From Dehalococcoidia bacterium (GTDB lineage: Bacteria; Chloroflexota; Dehalococcoidia; Bin125): a stretch of 64,000 nucleotides of DNA. A program made the position numbers and the translations under genes. The notes under the pieces are model-generated. The model was not told the DNA's origin. It did not search any database and saw nothing but the letters and a program-made list of their open reading frames with translations. The stretch covers positions 1,613,844 to 1,677,843 of the forward strand of contig OZ244861.1 of the NCBI GenBank assembly GCA_965221065.1, written 5' to 3'. Below, piece by piece: positions 39,091 to 48,830 of the stretch (its first letter is position 1; every line of letters starts with the position of its first letter).

Positions 39091-40031
39091 CGCTCGGCCT
39101 CTTCATCTCCGGCATCGGCTTCGTGAGCCGGGGTGATCACAATCCGGCCGTCCCTCGAATCGACGTAGGCGCGCCGGCCCAGGGCAACCTGGTCGAGCAG
39201 CGGTTTGGGAATCTGCAAACGTCCGGCCCCGTCGACCACGGCGAATTCCTCGTGCACGACCTCGGCGATCTCCGTGCCCGGGTTCTCCACCCGCCGCACC
39301 GTCTCGGTCGCAATCGTGCCGTCGCGAATCGCCACGACGCGGTCGACGCGCGCCGCGATCGCCGGATCGTGGGTGACGATGATGATCGTCAGCCCGAACT
39401 GATTCGAGAGACTGCGGAACAGGTGGAAAATCTCCTCCGAGGTATGCGTGTCCAACTCGCCGGTCGGTTCATCGGCCAGCAGTAGCGGCGGATCGTTGGC
39501 CAGGGCAACGCCGATCGACACGCGCTGCTGCTCCCCGCCCGAGAGCTGGTCCGGGCGCTGCTTGCGTTTGTCCAGCAGTTGCACCGCCTGCAGCAACTGC
39601 ATCGCCCGCTCCCGCGCGTGCTTGCGCGAACGCCCCGCGAGGATCATCGGCACTTCAATGTTCTGCTGCGCGTTGAGGTACGGGATCAGGTTGCGGCCCG
39701 TCTGCTGCCAGACGAATCCGACCTCTTCGCGCCGGTAGTCGACCAGCTCCTGTTCAGTCAGGGCGAGCAGGTCGGCCTTGTTCACGTACGCCTGACCGGC
39801 CGAGGGCACGTCGAGCCCGGCAAGCACGTTGAGCAGCGTCGACTTGCCCGATCCGGACGCGCCGACGATCGCCAGCACCTCGCCCCGCCCGACGGTCAGA
39901 TCGAGCCCGCGCAGCGCCACCACCTCAAGGTCGGCAATCTTGTAGATCTTGAACAGGTCCCTGCAAATGACGTGCTGCTCCGCCAACATCTCGTCCGGAC
40001 GAATCGGCGGAACCGCCGCATTGGTCGTCAT
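39087..40031 (-). CDS. ABC transporter ATP-binding protein (MacB/LolD-type) with C-terminal AbrB/SpoVT-like segment
   Basis: GASGSGKSTL, LSGGEQQRVSIGVAL; C-terminal GRLQIPKPLLDQVALGRRAYV...RIVITP. Confidence 0.8.
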   Translation of the reverse strand: MTTNAAVPPIRPDEMLAEQHVICRDLFKIYKIADLEVVALRGLDLTVGRGEVLAIVGASGSGKSTLLNVLAGLDVPSAGQAYVNKADLLALTEQELVDYRREEVGFVWQQTGRNLIPYLNAQQNIEVPMILAGRSRKHARERAMQLLQAVQLLDKRKQRPDQLSGGEQQRVSIGVALANDPPLLLADEPTGELDTHTSEEIFHLFRSLSNQFGLTIIIVTHDPAIAARVDRVVAIRDGTIATETVRRVENPGTEIAEVVHEEFAVVDGAGRLQIPKPLLDQVALGRRAYVDSRDGRIVITPAHEADAGDEEAER

Positions 40032-40140
40032 CGGTTACCTCAACCTGTCGCGGAAACTCGGAACCGTCGAAAGCACAACATGAGCAGGATACCCCCACAA
40101 CCCACCTACCGGCGATGCAACGTCCGAGCCCTGGTTCCCC

Positions 40141-40278
40141 TCTCCCCCCGCCGTCAGGTGGGGGGAGATGCCGAAGGCAGAGGGGGGCTCCCTTCCGCTC
40201 CCCCCGTTCCGGCCCCCTCTCCCCGAGGGAGAAGCCTGCCCCGCACTTGATGCGGGGGGCTGGGGTGAGGGCCCGCCT
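40141..40278. repeat. cluster of GC hairpin repeat elements (nested CCCTCTCC...GGGTGAGGG element carrying a ccccgcacttgatgcgggg hairpin)
   Basis: Direct comparison with the elements at 2061, 31966, 63040 and the hairpins at 42949/48831. Confidence 0.55.
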
Positions 40279-40361
40279 CAGCCTTCGCCGGGACGGCATA
40301 CACCGGCACCTCCACAGCCTCGCTATCCTGAGATCCCGAGCTTGGCTTGAGGAGACCGCCG

Positions 40362-40631
40362 ATGACCGCGCGCCGTCCCGCCGAGGAGATCGCCCGCCTC
40401 GGCGACCGCATCTACGAGCGCGACATCCGCGCGCAGGTTGAGGACGTCCACGACGGAGCGTTCGTCGCCATCGATGTCGAAAGCGGGAACTGGACCCTCG
40501 CCGAGAACGAGCTTGACGCAATGGTGCGCCTGCGCGAGCGTCAGCCGGACGCGCTCAATGTCTGGCTACTGAGGATCGGCTACCGCGCGATCGCCAGCAT
40601 CGGCGGCGGCGCCCTCCGGGCCCGCAGGTGA
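40362..40631 (+). CDS. small protein partner of retropepsin-like protease (DUF5678-like?)
   Basis: ATG 40362 after GAGGAG; 4-bp overlap (GTGA) with the next gene. Confidence 0.5.
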   Translation: MTARRPAEEIARLGDRIYERDIRAQVEDVHDGAFVAIDVESGNWTLAENELDAMVRLRERQPDALNVWLLRIGYRAIASIGGGALRARR

Positions 40632-40996
40632 TCGAAGGCTCGGTCAACGCAAGCCTCGAGTCGGTCGTCGCGCTCGACTTGCGCGGCCCGACAGGTCAGG
40701 CCCGCTACGTGGATGCCGTAGTGGACACTGGTTTCAGCCGCTTTCTGACGCTGCCGCCGTCGGTAGTGCGGGAGTTGGGACTGCCCTTTGCCGGTGCGCG
40801 CCTGGTGATTCTCGCCGACGGTAGCGAAGTGGCGCTCGAGGCATACGCTGCGACGGTCCTCTGGGATGGTCGGCCGAGGGAGATCGTCGCCTACGCGGCC
40901 GACACGACGCCCCTGATCGGGATGTCCATGCTTGAGGGGCACAGCCTGTACGTGGAAGTCGAAGACGGCGGACACGTCGCTATCGAGGCTCGCTGA
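40628..40996 (+). CDS. retropepsin-like (clan AA) aspartic protease
   Basis: VVDTGFS catalytic motif; 122 aa single-lobe size. Confidence 0.7.
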   Translation: MIEGSVNASLESVVALDLRGPTGQARYVDAVVDTGFSRFLTLPPSVVRELGLPFAGARLVILADGSEVALEAYAATVLWDGRPREIVAYAADTTPLIGMSMLEGHSLYVEVEDGGHVAIEAR

Positions 40997-41028
40997 CGCT
41001 GGCCCGTCTGTGCCCCTCGCGGGAACCC

Positions 41029-42450
41029 TCACCGACCCGGCCAGTGCGCCATCTTGCCTCTCGGTGCATGCGCGATCCGAACCCATTGCAGCTTCGTGGA
41101 GCGCGGCGTCTGCTGCAGCAGTTCGTGCATGTAGCGGTCCGCGTCGAGCAGGTCGTCATTGCGCTTGCGCGGCTTCGGGTCGGGGTCGTCTTCGCGCTGC
41201 TCCCAGACGTACTCGCTCATCCGCAGCGGGAACTGCGTGAGCTCGGGCACGTAGAACGACGCGGGCGGGTCCGACGCAACACGCTCGTGGACGAGGTTGA
41301 TCCCGTAGAGCACCGAGCCGGGACCACCCGCGGCGGGCTCGATGTCGATGCCCTGGCGGCGCTGGTGGTCGATCCAGGCCGATTGCGAGCGATCCGCGGC
41401 CCAGCGGATCGGTCCGAAGCGCTGCCGGCAGTGGCGCTGCCACTGCTCGAGCCGCTGGATGACGCCGGGTCCGCGATCCTCGAACTCGGCCACGCGGATC
41501 AGGGTGTAGGGGTGCGTGCCGGCGAGGCCCGCCACGATTCCCGCGCTGTAGTGGGCCGTATCGGTCTGGCCGCCGAAGTCGAGCCCGCCGATGTAGCGCC
41601 CGAACTCCGGTAGCGGCCGCTCCCAGCGCTGGCGGTCCGGATCGAAGTCGGGGTAGACGCGGCCCATCAACGCGTCGAAGCGGCCCTCGATGAAGCGCTC
41701 GCGCCAGCGCGGCGGCATCAACGCGTGGTTCAGCTCGGCGTAGTTCTCTGGCAGATGCGGGTTGTCCTCAATCCGGGCGCGGATGAAGCTGACCTGTCCC
41801 CGCGCGTCGCGCAGCACGTCCTCGGGCAACTCGCGCCGCACGAACCAGCGCTGGAACCAGCCCGGCCAGGGGTTCGAGGCGGCCACGAACCAGCGCTGCG
41901 GTTGGGCCGGATGGCGCAGACGCGTGAGCAGCATCAACGCCGCTTCCTCCTCCACCTGTCCGGCCTCGTCGATCAGCACCGATCCGTACTCCTGCGAGCC
42001 CAGACCCTGCCAGTCGGAGAGGTGGCGGAAGTTGACGGTCGAGGTCCGGTCCGCGGGCCAGGTGGGCAGCCGCAGCTGGACCAGGCTGGTCGGGGCCTGC
42101 TGGCGGCGCGCGATCAGATCCGGCGGGCAGACGTGGAATAACTCCTTCATGGTGGTCGAGGAGAGGTCGGAGAGATGGTGTCGGGCGACGAGCACGTTGT
42201 TGCCGGGGTAGGCGCAGGCGGCGTCGATCGCGAGCTCGGCAATGGCGCGCGTCTTGCCGCCGCCCATTGCGCCGCCGTAGCCGAGCAGGCACAAGCCCGG
42301 GCTGGGCGCCTCCGTGAGGGCGCTATAGAGCTCGCGTTGGCGCGAGGTGGGAAAAAAACCGCGGTCGTCGTGGAGGGGATGCCCCCCTCTGCCTGCGGCA
42401 TCTCCCCCCGCCCCGGGCGGGGGGAGCGGGGCATGGGGATTAGGGGACAT
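41029..42450 (-). CDS. terL: phage terminase large subunit (TerL)
   Basis: F.PT.RQRELY...GYGGAMGGGKT Walker A, VLIDEAG Walker B, C-terminal RNase-H-like nuclease (GGLDFGGQTDTAH); AAGAGG RBS. Confidence 0.8.
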   Translation of the reverse strand: MSPNPHAPLPPPGAGGDAAGRGGHPLHDDRGFFPTSRQRELYSALTEAPSPGLCLLGYGGAMGGGKTRAIAELAIDAACAYPGNNVLVARHHLSDLSSTTMKELFHVCPPDLIARRQQAPTSLVQLRLPTWPADRTSTVNFRHLSDWQGLGSQEYGSVLIDEAGQVEEEAALMLLTRLRHPAQPQRWFVAASNPWPGWFQRWFVRRELPEDVLRDARGQVSFIRARIEDNPHLPENYAELNHALMPPRWRERFIEGRFDALMGRVYPDFDPDRQRWERPLPEFGRYIGGLDFGGQTDTAHYSAGIVAGLAGTHPYTLIRVAEFEDRGPGVIQRLEQWQRHCRQRFGPIRWAADRSQSAWIDHQRRQGIDIEPAAGGPGSVLYGINLVHERVASDPPASFYVPELTQFPLRMSEYVWEQREDDPDPKPRKRNDDLLDADRYMHELLQQTPRSTKLQWVRIAHAPRGKMAHWPGR

Positions 42451-42829
42451 CGTCATCCTCTTGCCTGGCGGCCTCCTCGTCGTCTGCTTCGGAGTCCTCC
42501 TGGGTGGCGTACATGGAGAAGTCGGTCAGGTCGACCCCGTCGGCGAGGGCCTGCGCGAGCGGACCCAACGGCTCCCGCTGCGACTGCATGTCGCGCTCGG
42601 CGCGCTGGGCGAGTTCCTGGGCCAATTGGCTGGCCAGTTGTTTGGCCAGTTGGGTGCCGAGTTCGAACAGGCCGTTGACGCGGGCCATCATGCCCAGGGC
42701 CTTGATGCGAACGTGCGACGGTCCGTTGGCGGCTTCGTGGGCGATGCCGGCTTTGATCGCGGCGTCGGTGTAGGGAACGGGCGGTTTGAGTTGGTTGGTG
42801 GCGGCGTTGATGGCGGTCATGGCGGTCAT
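42440..42829 (-). CDS. hypothetical protein, possible terminase small subunit
   Basis: 129 aa, coiled-coil middle, acidic tail; GAGAGGA RBS; 11-nt overlap with terL start. Confidence 0.35.
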   Translation of the reverse strand: MTAMTAINAATNQLKPPVPYTDAAIKAGIAHEAANGPSHVRIKALGMMARVNGLFELGTQLAKQLASQLAQELAQRAERDMQSQREPLGPLAQALADGVDLTDFSMYATQEDSEADDEEAARQEDDDVP

Positions 42830-42934
42830 GGTTGGCGGTCCTCTCGGGAATGGCGGGCGATCGAGTGTATGCGCACTGGTGTTCTATGTGGGGAATCGTT
42901 GTGTGGTGTGGTTGACGGATGGCGGTGGGGCGAC

Positions 42935-43460
42935 GGTGGGAGTCTGGGCCCCGCATCAAGTGCGGGGCATCGGGAGGGGCGAGCGGGGCGTCGGAGGGGC
43001 GTGCGGGGCGTCGGAGGGGGAGGGTGGGGGGCCTCGGGAGGGGAGGGTGCGGGGCATCGGGAGACGAAGGTGTGGGGCGTCGGGAGGGGGAGGGTGGGGG
43101 GCGCTGATTCGATCCTCCGCGCTTGACGCGGGGGCCAGAACGGCTGCTGGGCGTGGAGGTTGGTGGTCGGTAGAGGGTCTACTGGGATGGCTGCGTTGGG
43201 GGAGGCGTTCGGGTTGGGGGCGAGGGTGGAGGTCTGGGCCCCGCATCAAGTGCGGGGCATCGGAAGAGGAGGGTGCGGGGCGTCGGAGGGAGGTGCGGGG
43301 CGTCGGGAGAGGCGTGAGAAGGGGGAGTGGATGGGGGGCGCTGATTCGATCCCCCGCGCTTGACGCGGGGGCCAGAACGGTCGCTGGGCGTGGAGGTTGG
43401 TGGTCGGTAGAGGGTCTACTGGGAGGGCTGAGTTGGAGGAGGCGTTCGGGTTGGGGCCGA
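42935..43460. repeat. two tandem about 230-280-bp direct repeats, each with a CCCCGCATCAAGTGCGGGG hairpin, an about 21-bp minisatellite (gcggggcgtcgggaggggagggt) and a CCCCCGCGCTTGACGCGGGGG hairpin
   Basis: Copy 1 is about 42935-43214, copy 2 about 43215-43458, about 90% identical; minisatellite copy number differs between copies. Confidence 0.7.
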
Positions 43461-43474
43461 CGTATACTTTTTCC

Positions 43475-43774
43475 ATGTCTCGGTCCGAGACTCAGCCTGC
43501 GGTGTACATCCTTGCGAGCCAGCGGAATGGGACTCTGTATGTGGGCCATACGGCGGACCTTGTTCGACGGGTGACGGAGCATCGGGAGGGTCGCGGGGCG
43601 CGCTTTACGTCCGAGTATTTTGTGCGCCGGCTGGTCTGGTACGAGTTCCACGACAGTCTCGACGATGCGCAGCGTCGTGAGAGTCTTGTGAAGCGCTGGA
43701 AGCGGAAGTGGAAGCTTGAGCTGATTGAGTCGCATAATCCTGGGTGGCGGGATCTGTATCACGAGTTGGCTTAA
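43475..43774 (+). CDS. GIY-YIG nuclease family protein (COG2827/UPF0213)
   Basis: VYILASQRNGTLYVGHTADLVRRVTEH; about 58% GC; AT-rich tatacttttt just upstream. Confidence 0.75.
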   Translation: MSRSETQPAVYILASQRNGTLYVGHTADLVRRVTEHREGRGARFTSEYFVRRLVWYEFHDSLDDAQRRESLVKRWKRKWKLELIESHNPGWRDLYHELA

Positions 43775-43776
43775 GT

Positions 43777-44012
43777 GAATTCGATGCCCCGCGCTTGAAG
43801 CGGGGGCTATGGGTGGCTGGCGGATCTGGTGGGAGGGCTGAGTTGGGGACGGCGCTTGGGTTTGGGGGCGAGGGTGGCGGTCTGGGCCCCGCATCAAGTG
43901 CGGGGCATCGGAACGGGAGGGTGCGGGGGCAGCGGAGGGGAGAGTGCGGGCGTTGGAAGGGGCGTGCGGGGCGTTGGAAGGGGCGTGCGGGGCGGGAGGG
44001 GAGGATGGGGGG
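43777..44012. repeat. third (rearranged/partial) copy of the 42935-43460 repeat unit
   Basis: ttcgatgccccgcgcttgaagcggggg...ggtctgggccccgcatcaagtgcgggg plus minisatellite units. Confidence 0.6.
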
Positions 44013-44585
44013 TTAGACCGGCCCGATGCAGTCCGCGATGTTCTCGATGAACTCGATCGGCGAGCACTTGTCGAACCACTGGCCGGTGTGCAGGGTGTAC
44101 TCGTGGAAGATCTTGAGCGCGCCCAGGAAGAGCAGCCAGCGCACGGCCTCAGCCCCTCGGAGCGGCGCGGGCGTCCCGTCCTCCGCCTCGGCCCAACCCG
44201 GTCTCAACCGCGCCGGCCAGTGCGGCCGCGCGGCGACGAACAGGAACCAGAACTCGAACACGTGCGGGAAGTAGATCAGGATGCCCCGACCGGCGCCGGC
44301 CGTGAACGCGATGAAGCCGATCAGTCGCCAGGCGAACAGCCCCAGCGCCACCCGCCGCTCCCAGCCGCCCCAGCGCAGCGCGACGATCAGGAAGAGCCAG
44401 ATGTACACCTGGTCGACCCACTTGTCCCACTCCTGGTAGTTCGACAGTCCGCCCAGGTCGATGGCCTGGCGCAGGAACAGGTCCGAAAGGTCGATGAAGA
44501 CCGCGATCAGCCCGCCGACGAACGCCCAGCGCAAGACTGGCAAGGATCCGGCCACGCGGATCAGGGCGATAACCAGGGCTTCCAT
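44013..44585 (-). CDS. hypothetical integral membrane protein
   Basis: 190 aa, about 5 hydrophobic segments. Confidence 0.5.
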   Translation of the reverse strand: MEALVIALIRVAGSLPVLRWAFVGGLIAVFIDLSDLFLRQAIDLGGLSNYQEWDKWVDQVYIWLFLIVALRWGGWERRVALGLFAWRLIGFIAFTAGAGRGILIYFPHVFEFWFLFVAARPHWPARLRPGWAEAEDGTPAPLRGAEAVRWLLFLGALKIFHEYTLHTGQWFDKCSPIEFIENIADCIGPV

Positions 44586-44621
44586 GGGAGAAGACTAGGT
44601 CGCGCGGACCGCGAGGGCGCG

Positions 44622-45311
44622 CTAGTCGGCGCCGTTGTCGATCCCGTGCTGCCGCTCGAAGCGGCCGGTGACCTGGAAGATCGTGCGCTCGCAGATGTTC
44701 AGCGCGCGATCGCCAATCCGCTCGAGGTTGTGCGAGCACCAGAGCACGTGCGTGATCGCGTCCGACTCCTCGGGGTTGCCCTCCGCGCCCGCCAGCCGCG
44801 TGATCAGCCGTTCGTGGATGTCGCTGTACAGCTCGTCGACCTCGTCGTCCTGCCCGATCGTCAGTCGGGCGAGACGCTGATCGCGTTCGAGGAATGACCG
44901 TGTGGCCGACTGCAACATCTCGCGAACGACGTCGGCCATGCGCCAGAGGTCCGGTTCGGTCGCGGCGACCGGGTTGTCCTCGAGGAAGATCGCGTTGCGG
45001 GCGATGCCCTCCGCGTGCCCGGCGATGCGTTCCAGGTTGAGCGTGATCGCGACCACCGACAACAGCTCGCGCAGGTCGCCGGCGACGGGCTGCTGCAGCG
45101 CGATGATCGTGGTGACCGCCTCTTCGATCGCGTAGCGCACCTGCTTGGCTTCCTCGTCCGCCTCGCAGACTCGGCGGGCGAGCACGAGGTCGCGGCGCAG
45201 CAGGGCCTGCATCGCGTCGACGATCGAGCGGTCGGCGCGCGCGTGCTGGAGGCGCAGGCGGTCGAGGATGTCGGCCCGATCCGAGGAGTACGTCAGCCGT
45301 ACGGTTGACAT
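44622..45311 (-). CDS. phoU: phosphate signalling complex protein PhoU
   Basis: Two PhoU repeats; adjacent to pstB. Confidence 0.85.
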   Translation of the reverse strand: MSTVRLTYSSDRADILDRLRLQHARADRSIVDAMQALLRRDLVLARRVCEADEEAKQVRYAIEEAVTTIIALQQPVAGDLRELLSVVAITLNLERIAGHAEGIARNAIFLEDNPVAATEPDLWRMADVVREMLQSATRSFLERDQRLARLTIGQDDEVDELYSDIHERLITRLAGAEGNPEESDAITHVLWCSHNLERIGDRALNICERTIFQVTGRFERQHGIDNGAD

Positions 45312-45359
45312 CTCGTCCTCGCAGTCCGGGGAAGTCTGGAACCCGCCATCTCCGGCAGG

Positions 45360-46310
45360 TTAGCCGTACCTCCCCGTAATGTAGTCTTCCGTCCGCTGGT
45401 CGAGCGGGTTGGTGAAAATCTCCTGCGTCGGCCCGAACTCGACCAGGCGCCCCACGCGCTCCTCGCCCGCGAGCAGGAACGCGGTGTAGTCCGAGACGCG
45501 GCCGGCCTGCTGCATGTTGTGGGTCACGACGACGATCGTGTAGTGCTCGGCCAGCTCGCGCATCAGGTCTTCGATCTTGAGCGTCGCGACCGGATCCAGC
45601 GCGGAGGCGGGCTCATCCATCAGGATGATCTCGGGCTGGACGGCGATCGCCCGGGCGATGCAGAGTCGCTGCTGCTGACCGCCGGACAGGGCCAGACCGG
45701 ACTTGTCGAGCTCGTCCTTGACCTCGTCCCACAGCGCGGCCCGGCGCAGGGCGTCCTCGACGAGCCGGTCCATGTCGCCGGAGTAGCCGTTGATCCGAGC
45801 GCCGAACGCGACGTTCTCGTAGATCGACTTGGGGAACGGGTTGGGCTTCTGAAAGACCATGCCGATCCGGCGTCGCACCTCGACCGCGTCGATGTTGGGG
45901 TCGAGCAGGTTGCGGCCCTCGAACTCGATCTCGCCTTCCATGCGCGCGCCGGGGATCAGGTCGTTCATGCGGTTGAAGCAGCGCAGCAGCGTCGACTTGC
46001 CGCAGCCCGAGGGACCGATCAGCGCAGTGACCCGGTTCTGCGGGATCGGCATCGTCATCCGGTCGATGGCCTGGAATGTGCCGTAGAAGGCCGAGACGTT
46101 GCGCAGTTGCAGCGCCATGTCGACCGCTTCGGTGAACTCGTGGCGGACGGCTTCGAGGTTGGGGTCGAGATGGACGCCGACGCCGACGCCGTCGGCAGCG
46201 TCCTGCTTCATGTTGGGCGGCGGCGGGGGCGCCGTCGCGCGATCGGGCTCCGCGGCCGCCGTAGCGCCGGGTGCGCTGGACCACATCAGGGTGAAGAAGT
46301 TGCGTGCCAT
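45360..46310 (-). CDS. pstB: phosphate ABC transporter ATP-binding protein PstB (with low-complexity N-terminal extension)
   Basis: GPSGCGKST...[14 protein letters not shown]...[10 protein letters not shown]; AGGGAG RBS at 46310. Confidence 0.85.
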   Translation of the reverse strand: MARNFFTLMWSSAPGATAAAEPDRATAPPPPPNMKQDAADGVGVGVHLDPNLEAVRHEFTEAVDMALQLRNVSAFYGTFQAIDRMTMPIPQNRVTALIGPSGCGKSTLLRCFNRMNDLIPGARMEGEIEFEGRNLLDPNIDAVEVRRRIGMVFQKPNPFPKSIYENVAFGARINGYSGDMDRLVEDALRRAALWDEVKDELDKSGLALSGGQQQRLCIARAIAVQPEIILMDEPASALDPVATLKIEDLMRELAEHYTIVVVTHNMQQAGRVSDYTAFLLAGEERVGRLVEFGPTQEIFTNPLDQRTEDYITGRYG

Positions 46311-46341
46311 CTGCGGCTCCCTCTGCCTGCGTTCAGAGTAT

Positions 46342-47712
46342 CTACCAATCGGTGCGGGTTCGCTGTCGCATGATGATCGCGGCCGCGTTCATCAGCAGCA
46401 GGATGACCATCAACACGATGATCGCCGAGGCGGCGATCTCGTGGAATCCTGACTGCGGTCGGGCGACCCAGTTGAAGATCTGGATTGGGAGGACGGTGAA
46501 GTCGTCGGTGGGGGAGTCGGCGAGGAAGGCGATGAAGGTGAGCGCGCCGATCGCGATCAGCGGCGCGGTCTCGCCGATCGCGCGGGACATGGCGAGGATG
46601 TTGCCGGTCAGCATGCCGCCGAAGGCGTAGGGCAGGACGTGGAATCGAATCACCTGCCAGCGGGTCGCGCCGACTGCGTAGGCGGCCTCGCGCATCGAGG
46701 GCGGCACCGTGCGCAACGCCTCCTGGGCGGAGACGATGATGATCGGCATGACCAGCAGCGCCATCGTGCAGGCCCCGGCGAGCACGGAGCGCTCGAACTC
46801 GAGCACGCGCACGAAAACCTGCAGGCCGAGCAAGCCGTAGATGATCGAAGGGACGCCGGCGAGGTTCGAGATGTTGACCTGGATCATGCGCGAGAACCAG
46901 TTGCGCCGCGCGTACTCCTCGAGGTAGATCGCCGCGCCGACTCCGAGGGGGAAGGCGACGGCAGCGGTGATCACCATCATGTAGAGCGTGCCGGTGACGG
47001 CCGAGAAGATGCCCGCCTCCGCCGGCTTACGGGATGGGAAGGAAGAGAGGAACCAGGGGTCCATGAACAGGTAGACGACCCAGCCGGCGATCATGATCGC
47101 GGGGATGATCAAGCTGGGCCTGCGCATCCGGTGAGACCAGAACCAGCCGGCGGCGAAGATCGCCAGCGGCACGAGGATGCCGGCCAGCAGCAGTCGCACG
47201 ATCTGGAACCCGGACGCCTCGCCAAGAACCTGGAAGATGTTGCCGCTTGCCCCGTCAATGCCGACGGCCTTGGCGTACTCGACAAAGTAGGCCGACTCGA
47301 AGCGGACGTAGAGGATGTGAACGAAGATCGCGGCGGGCGCAACGACGATGAAACCCATCGCTCGTTCAGCCAGGCGGGGCAGGCCGGGAACCAGGGCATT
47401 GACCAGGCGCGGACCGACGAAGGGGAACAAGATCGCGACCGGCACGGCCCAGGTCATCCAGCCCATGCCCGCGGGCGTGGGCAGATCGCTGACGATCCCC
47501 CCGCCGCGCGCTTCGCGGCCCACGGCGCCGCCGTCGGTGAACAGGCGCGCCGCGCCGTCCACGGCAATCTCGACGATCAACGCGCCGAGCATGATCATCG
47601 AGATCGCGATCGCCAGCAAGGCCGCGACCATGAAGGCGACCGACACGCTACGACGAATCCGTACGCGCGGAGCGAACGCCGTCAGTTGCGCGGACGGTGC
47701 GGCGGCGCTCAT
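46342..47712 (-). CDS. pstA: phosphate ABC transporter permease PstA
   Basis: Start ATG overlaps the pstC stop (ATGA); the 762-aa ORF's first about 300 aa are out of frame. Confidence 0.8.
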   Translation of the reverse strand: MSAAAPSAQLTAFAPRVRIRRSVSVAFMVAALLAIAISMIMLGALIVEIAVDGAARLFTDGGAVGREARGGGIVSDLPTPAGMGWMTWAVPVAILFPFVGPRLVNALVPGLPRLAERAMGFIVVAPAAIFVHILYVRFESAYFVEYAKAVGIDGASGNIFQVLGEASGFQIVRLLLAGILVPLAIFAAGWFWSHRMRRPSLIIPAIMIAGWVVYLFMDPWFLSSFPSRKPAEAGIFSAVTGTLYMMVITAAVAFPLGVGAAIYLEEYARRNWFSRMIQVNISNLAGVPSIIYGLLGLQVFVRVLEFERSVLAGACTMALLVMPIIIVSAQEALRTVPPSMREAAYAVGATRWQVIRFHVLPYAFGGMLTGNILAMSRAIGETAPLIAIGALTFIAFLADSPTDDFTVLPIQIFNWVARPQSGFHEIAASAIIVLMVILLLMNAAAIIMRQRTRTDW

Positions 47713-48704
47713 TCGTACTCCTCCCGGAAGCGTTGCGAGACCCACTGCGCGACGATGTTCATCGCCAGGGTGAGCACGAACAGGGTCATCGCGACCGCGA
47801 ACAACACCTTGAACTCGATCGATGTCGTCGGCGTGTCGCCCAGCGAGAGCTGGACGATCATCGCGGTCATCGTCTGCACCGCTTCGAGCGGGTTGACCCC
47901 GAACTGCGGGTTGCCGCCGCCGGCGATGGTCACGGCCATCGTCTCGCCGACGGCGCGAGAGGCGGCCAGGATGATCGAGGCGACGACGCCCGAGAACGCA
48001 GCCGGCAAGACGACCCGGAGCGAGACCTCCATCCGCGTCGAACCGAGCGCATAGGCGCCCTCGCGCAGCGAGCGCGGGACGGCTCTCATCGCATCCTCGG
48101 AGAGCGACGCAATGATCGGCACGATCATCAGCCCAACCACGATGCCGGCCGAGAGCGCGTTGTAGATGCCGACATCCTCGCCGAAGATGTCGCGAATCAC
48201 CGGCGAGACCGAGACCAGGGCGAAGTAGCCGAACACCACCGTCGGCACGCCGGCGAGGATCTCGAGGATCGGCTTGATGATCGCGCGAACGCGCGGGGGC
48301 GAATACTCGCTGAGGAAGACGGCCGCCATCAGGCCGAGGGGAATGGCGACGGCCAGCCCGATCAGGGCGATCATGCCGGTGCCCCAGACCAGCGCCCAGA
48401 CGCCGAACTGCTTCTCGGCGAACAGCGCCGACCACTTGGTCGAACCGAAGAAGTCGATGAAGGGGACTTCGCGGAAGAACTCGACCGTCTCGAAGATCAG
48501 CACCAGCACGATGCCGATCGTGACGAACGCGGAGAGCGTCGCCGTCAGGAACAGCGCCCCGTGGATTATGCGTCCGGTCAGCGTCTCGCGACCGCTGCCC
48601 GGCCGCGATGGCTGCAACTTGTCGCGCCACAGCTCCGCCAGCAGGGATCGGACGGTGTCCTGGGGCGGTCCTCCACGCGGATCGCGGGGAGCCTGTGCTG
48701 CCAT
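47709..48704 (-). CDS. pstC: phosphate ABC transporter permease PstC
   Basis: 331 aa, 6 TMs, EAA-like loop. Confidence 0.8.
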   Translation of the reverse strand: MAAQAPRDPRGGPPQDTVRSLLAELWRDKLQPSRPGSGRETLTGRIIHGALFLTATLSAFVTIGIVLVLIFETVEFFREVPFIDFFGSTKWSALFAEKQFGVWALVWGTGMIALIGLAVAIPLGLMAAVFLSEYSPPRVRAIIKPILEILAGVPTVVFGYFALVSVSPVIRDIFGEDVGIYNALSAGIVVGLMIVPIIASLSEDAMRAVPRSLREGAYALGSTRMEVSLRVVLPAAFSGVVASIILAASRAVGETMAVTIAGGGNPQFGVNPLEAVQTMTAMIVQLSLGDTPTTSIEFKVLFAVAMTLFVLTLAMNIVAQWVSQRFREEYE

Positions 48705-48830
48705 ATCGGATCTCTTCGCTGATCGGACTGGAGGAGGCTCACAGCGGAGCTTCAGTGCATTGCGGGCAAACTACGAGCGACGAACGCGGCGGCGGTTAAC
48801 ACTGAGTAAGTCGTCCGGCCCTCTGACAAA

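Noticed and set aside
42930-44012. Possible CRISPR array
   Set aside because: Units are about 230 bp with internal 21-bp tandem minisatellites and no unique spacers of regular length, and no cas genes. This is a direct-repeat/minisatellite structure, not CRISPR.
46342-48630. 762-aa ORF that looks like a fused PstC-PstA
   Set aside because: Its first about 300 codons are in a different frame from the genuine PstC ORF (47709..48704) and translate to Arg/Asp-rich nonsense. PstA starts at the ATG overlapping the pstC stop (47712).
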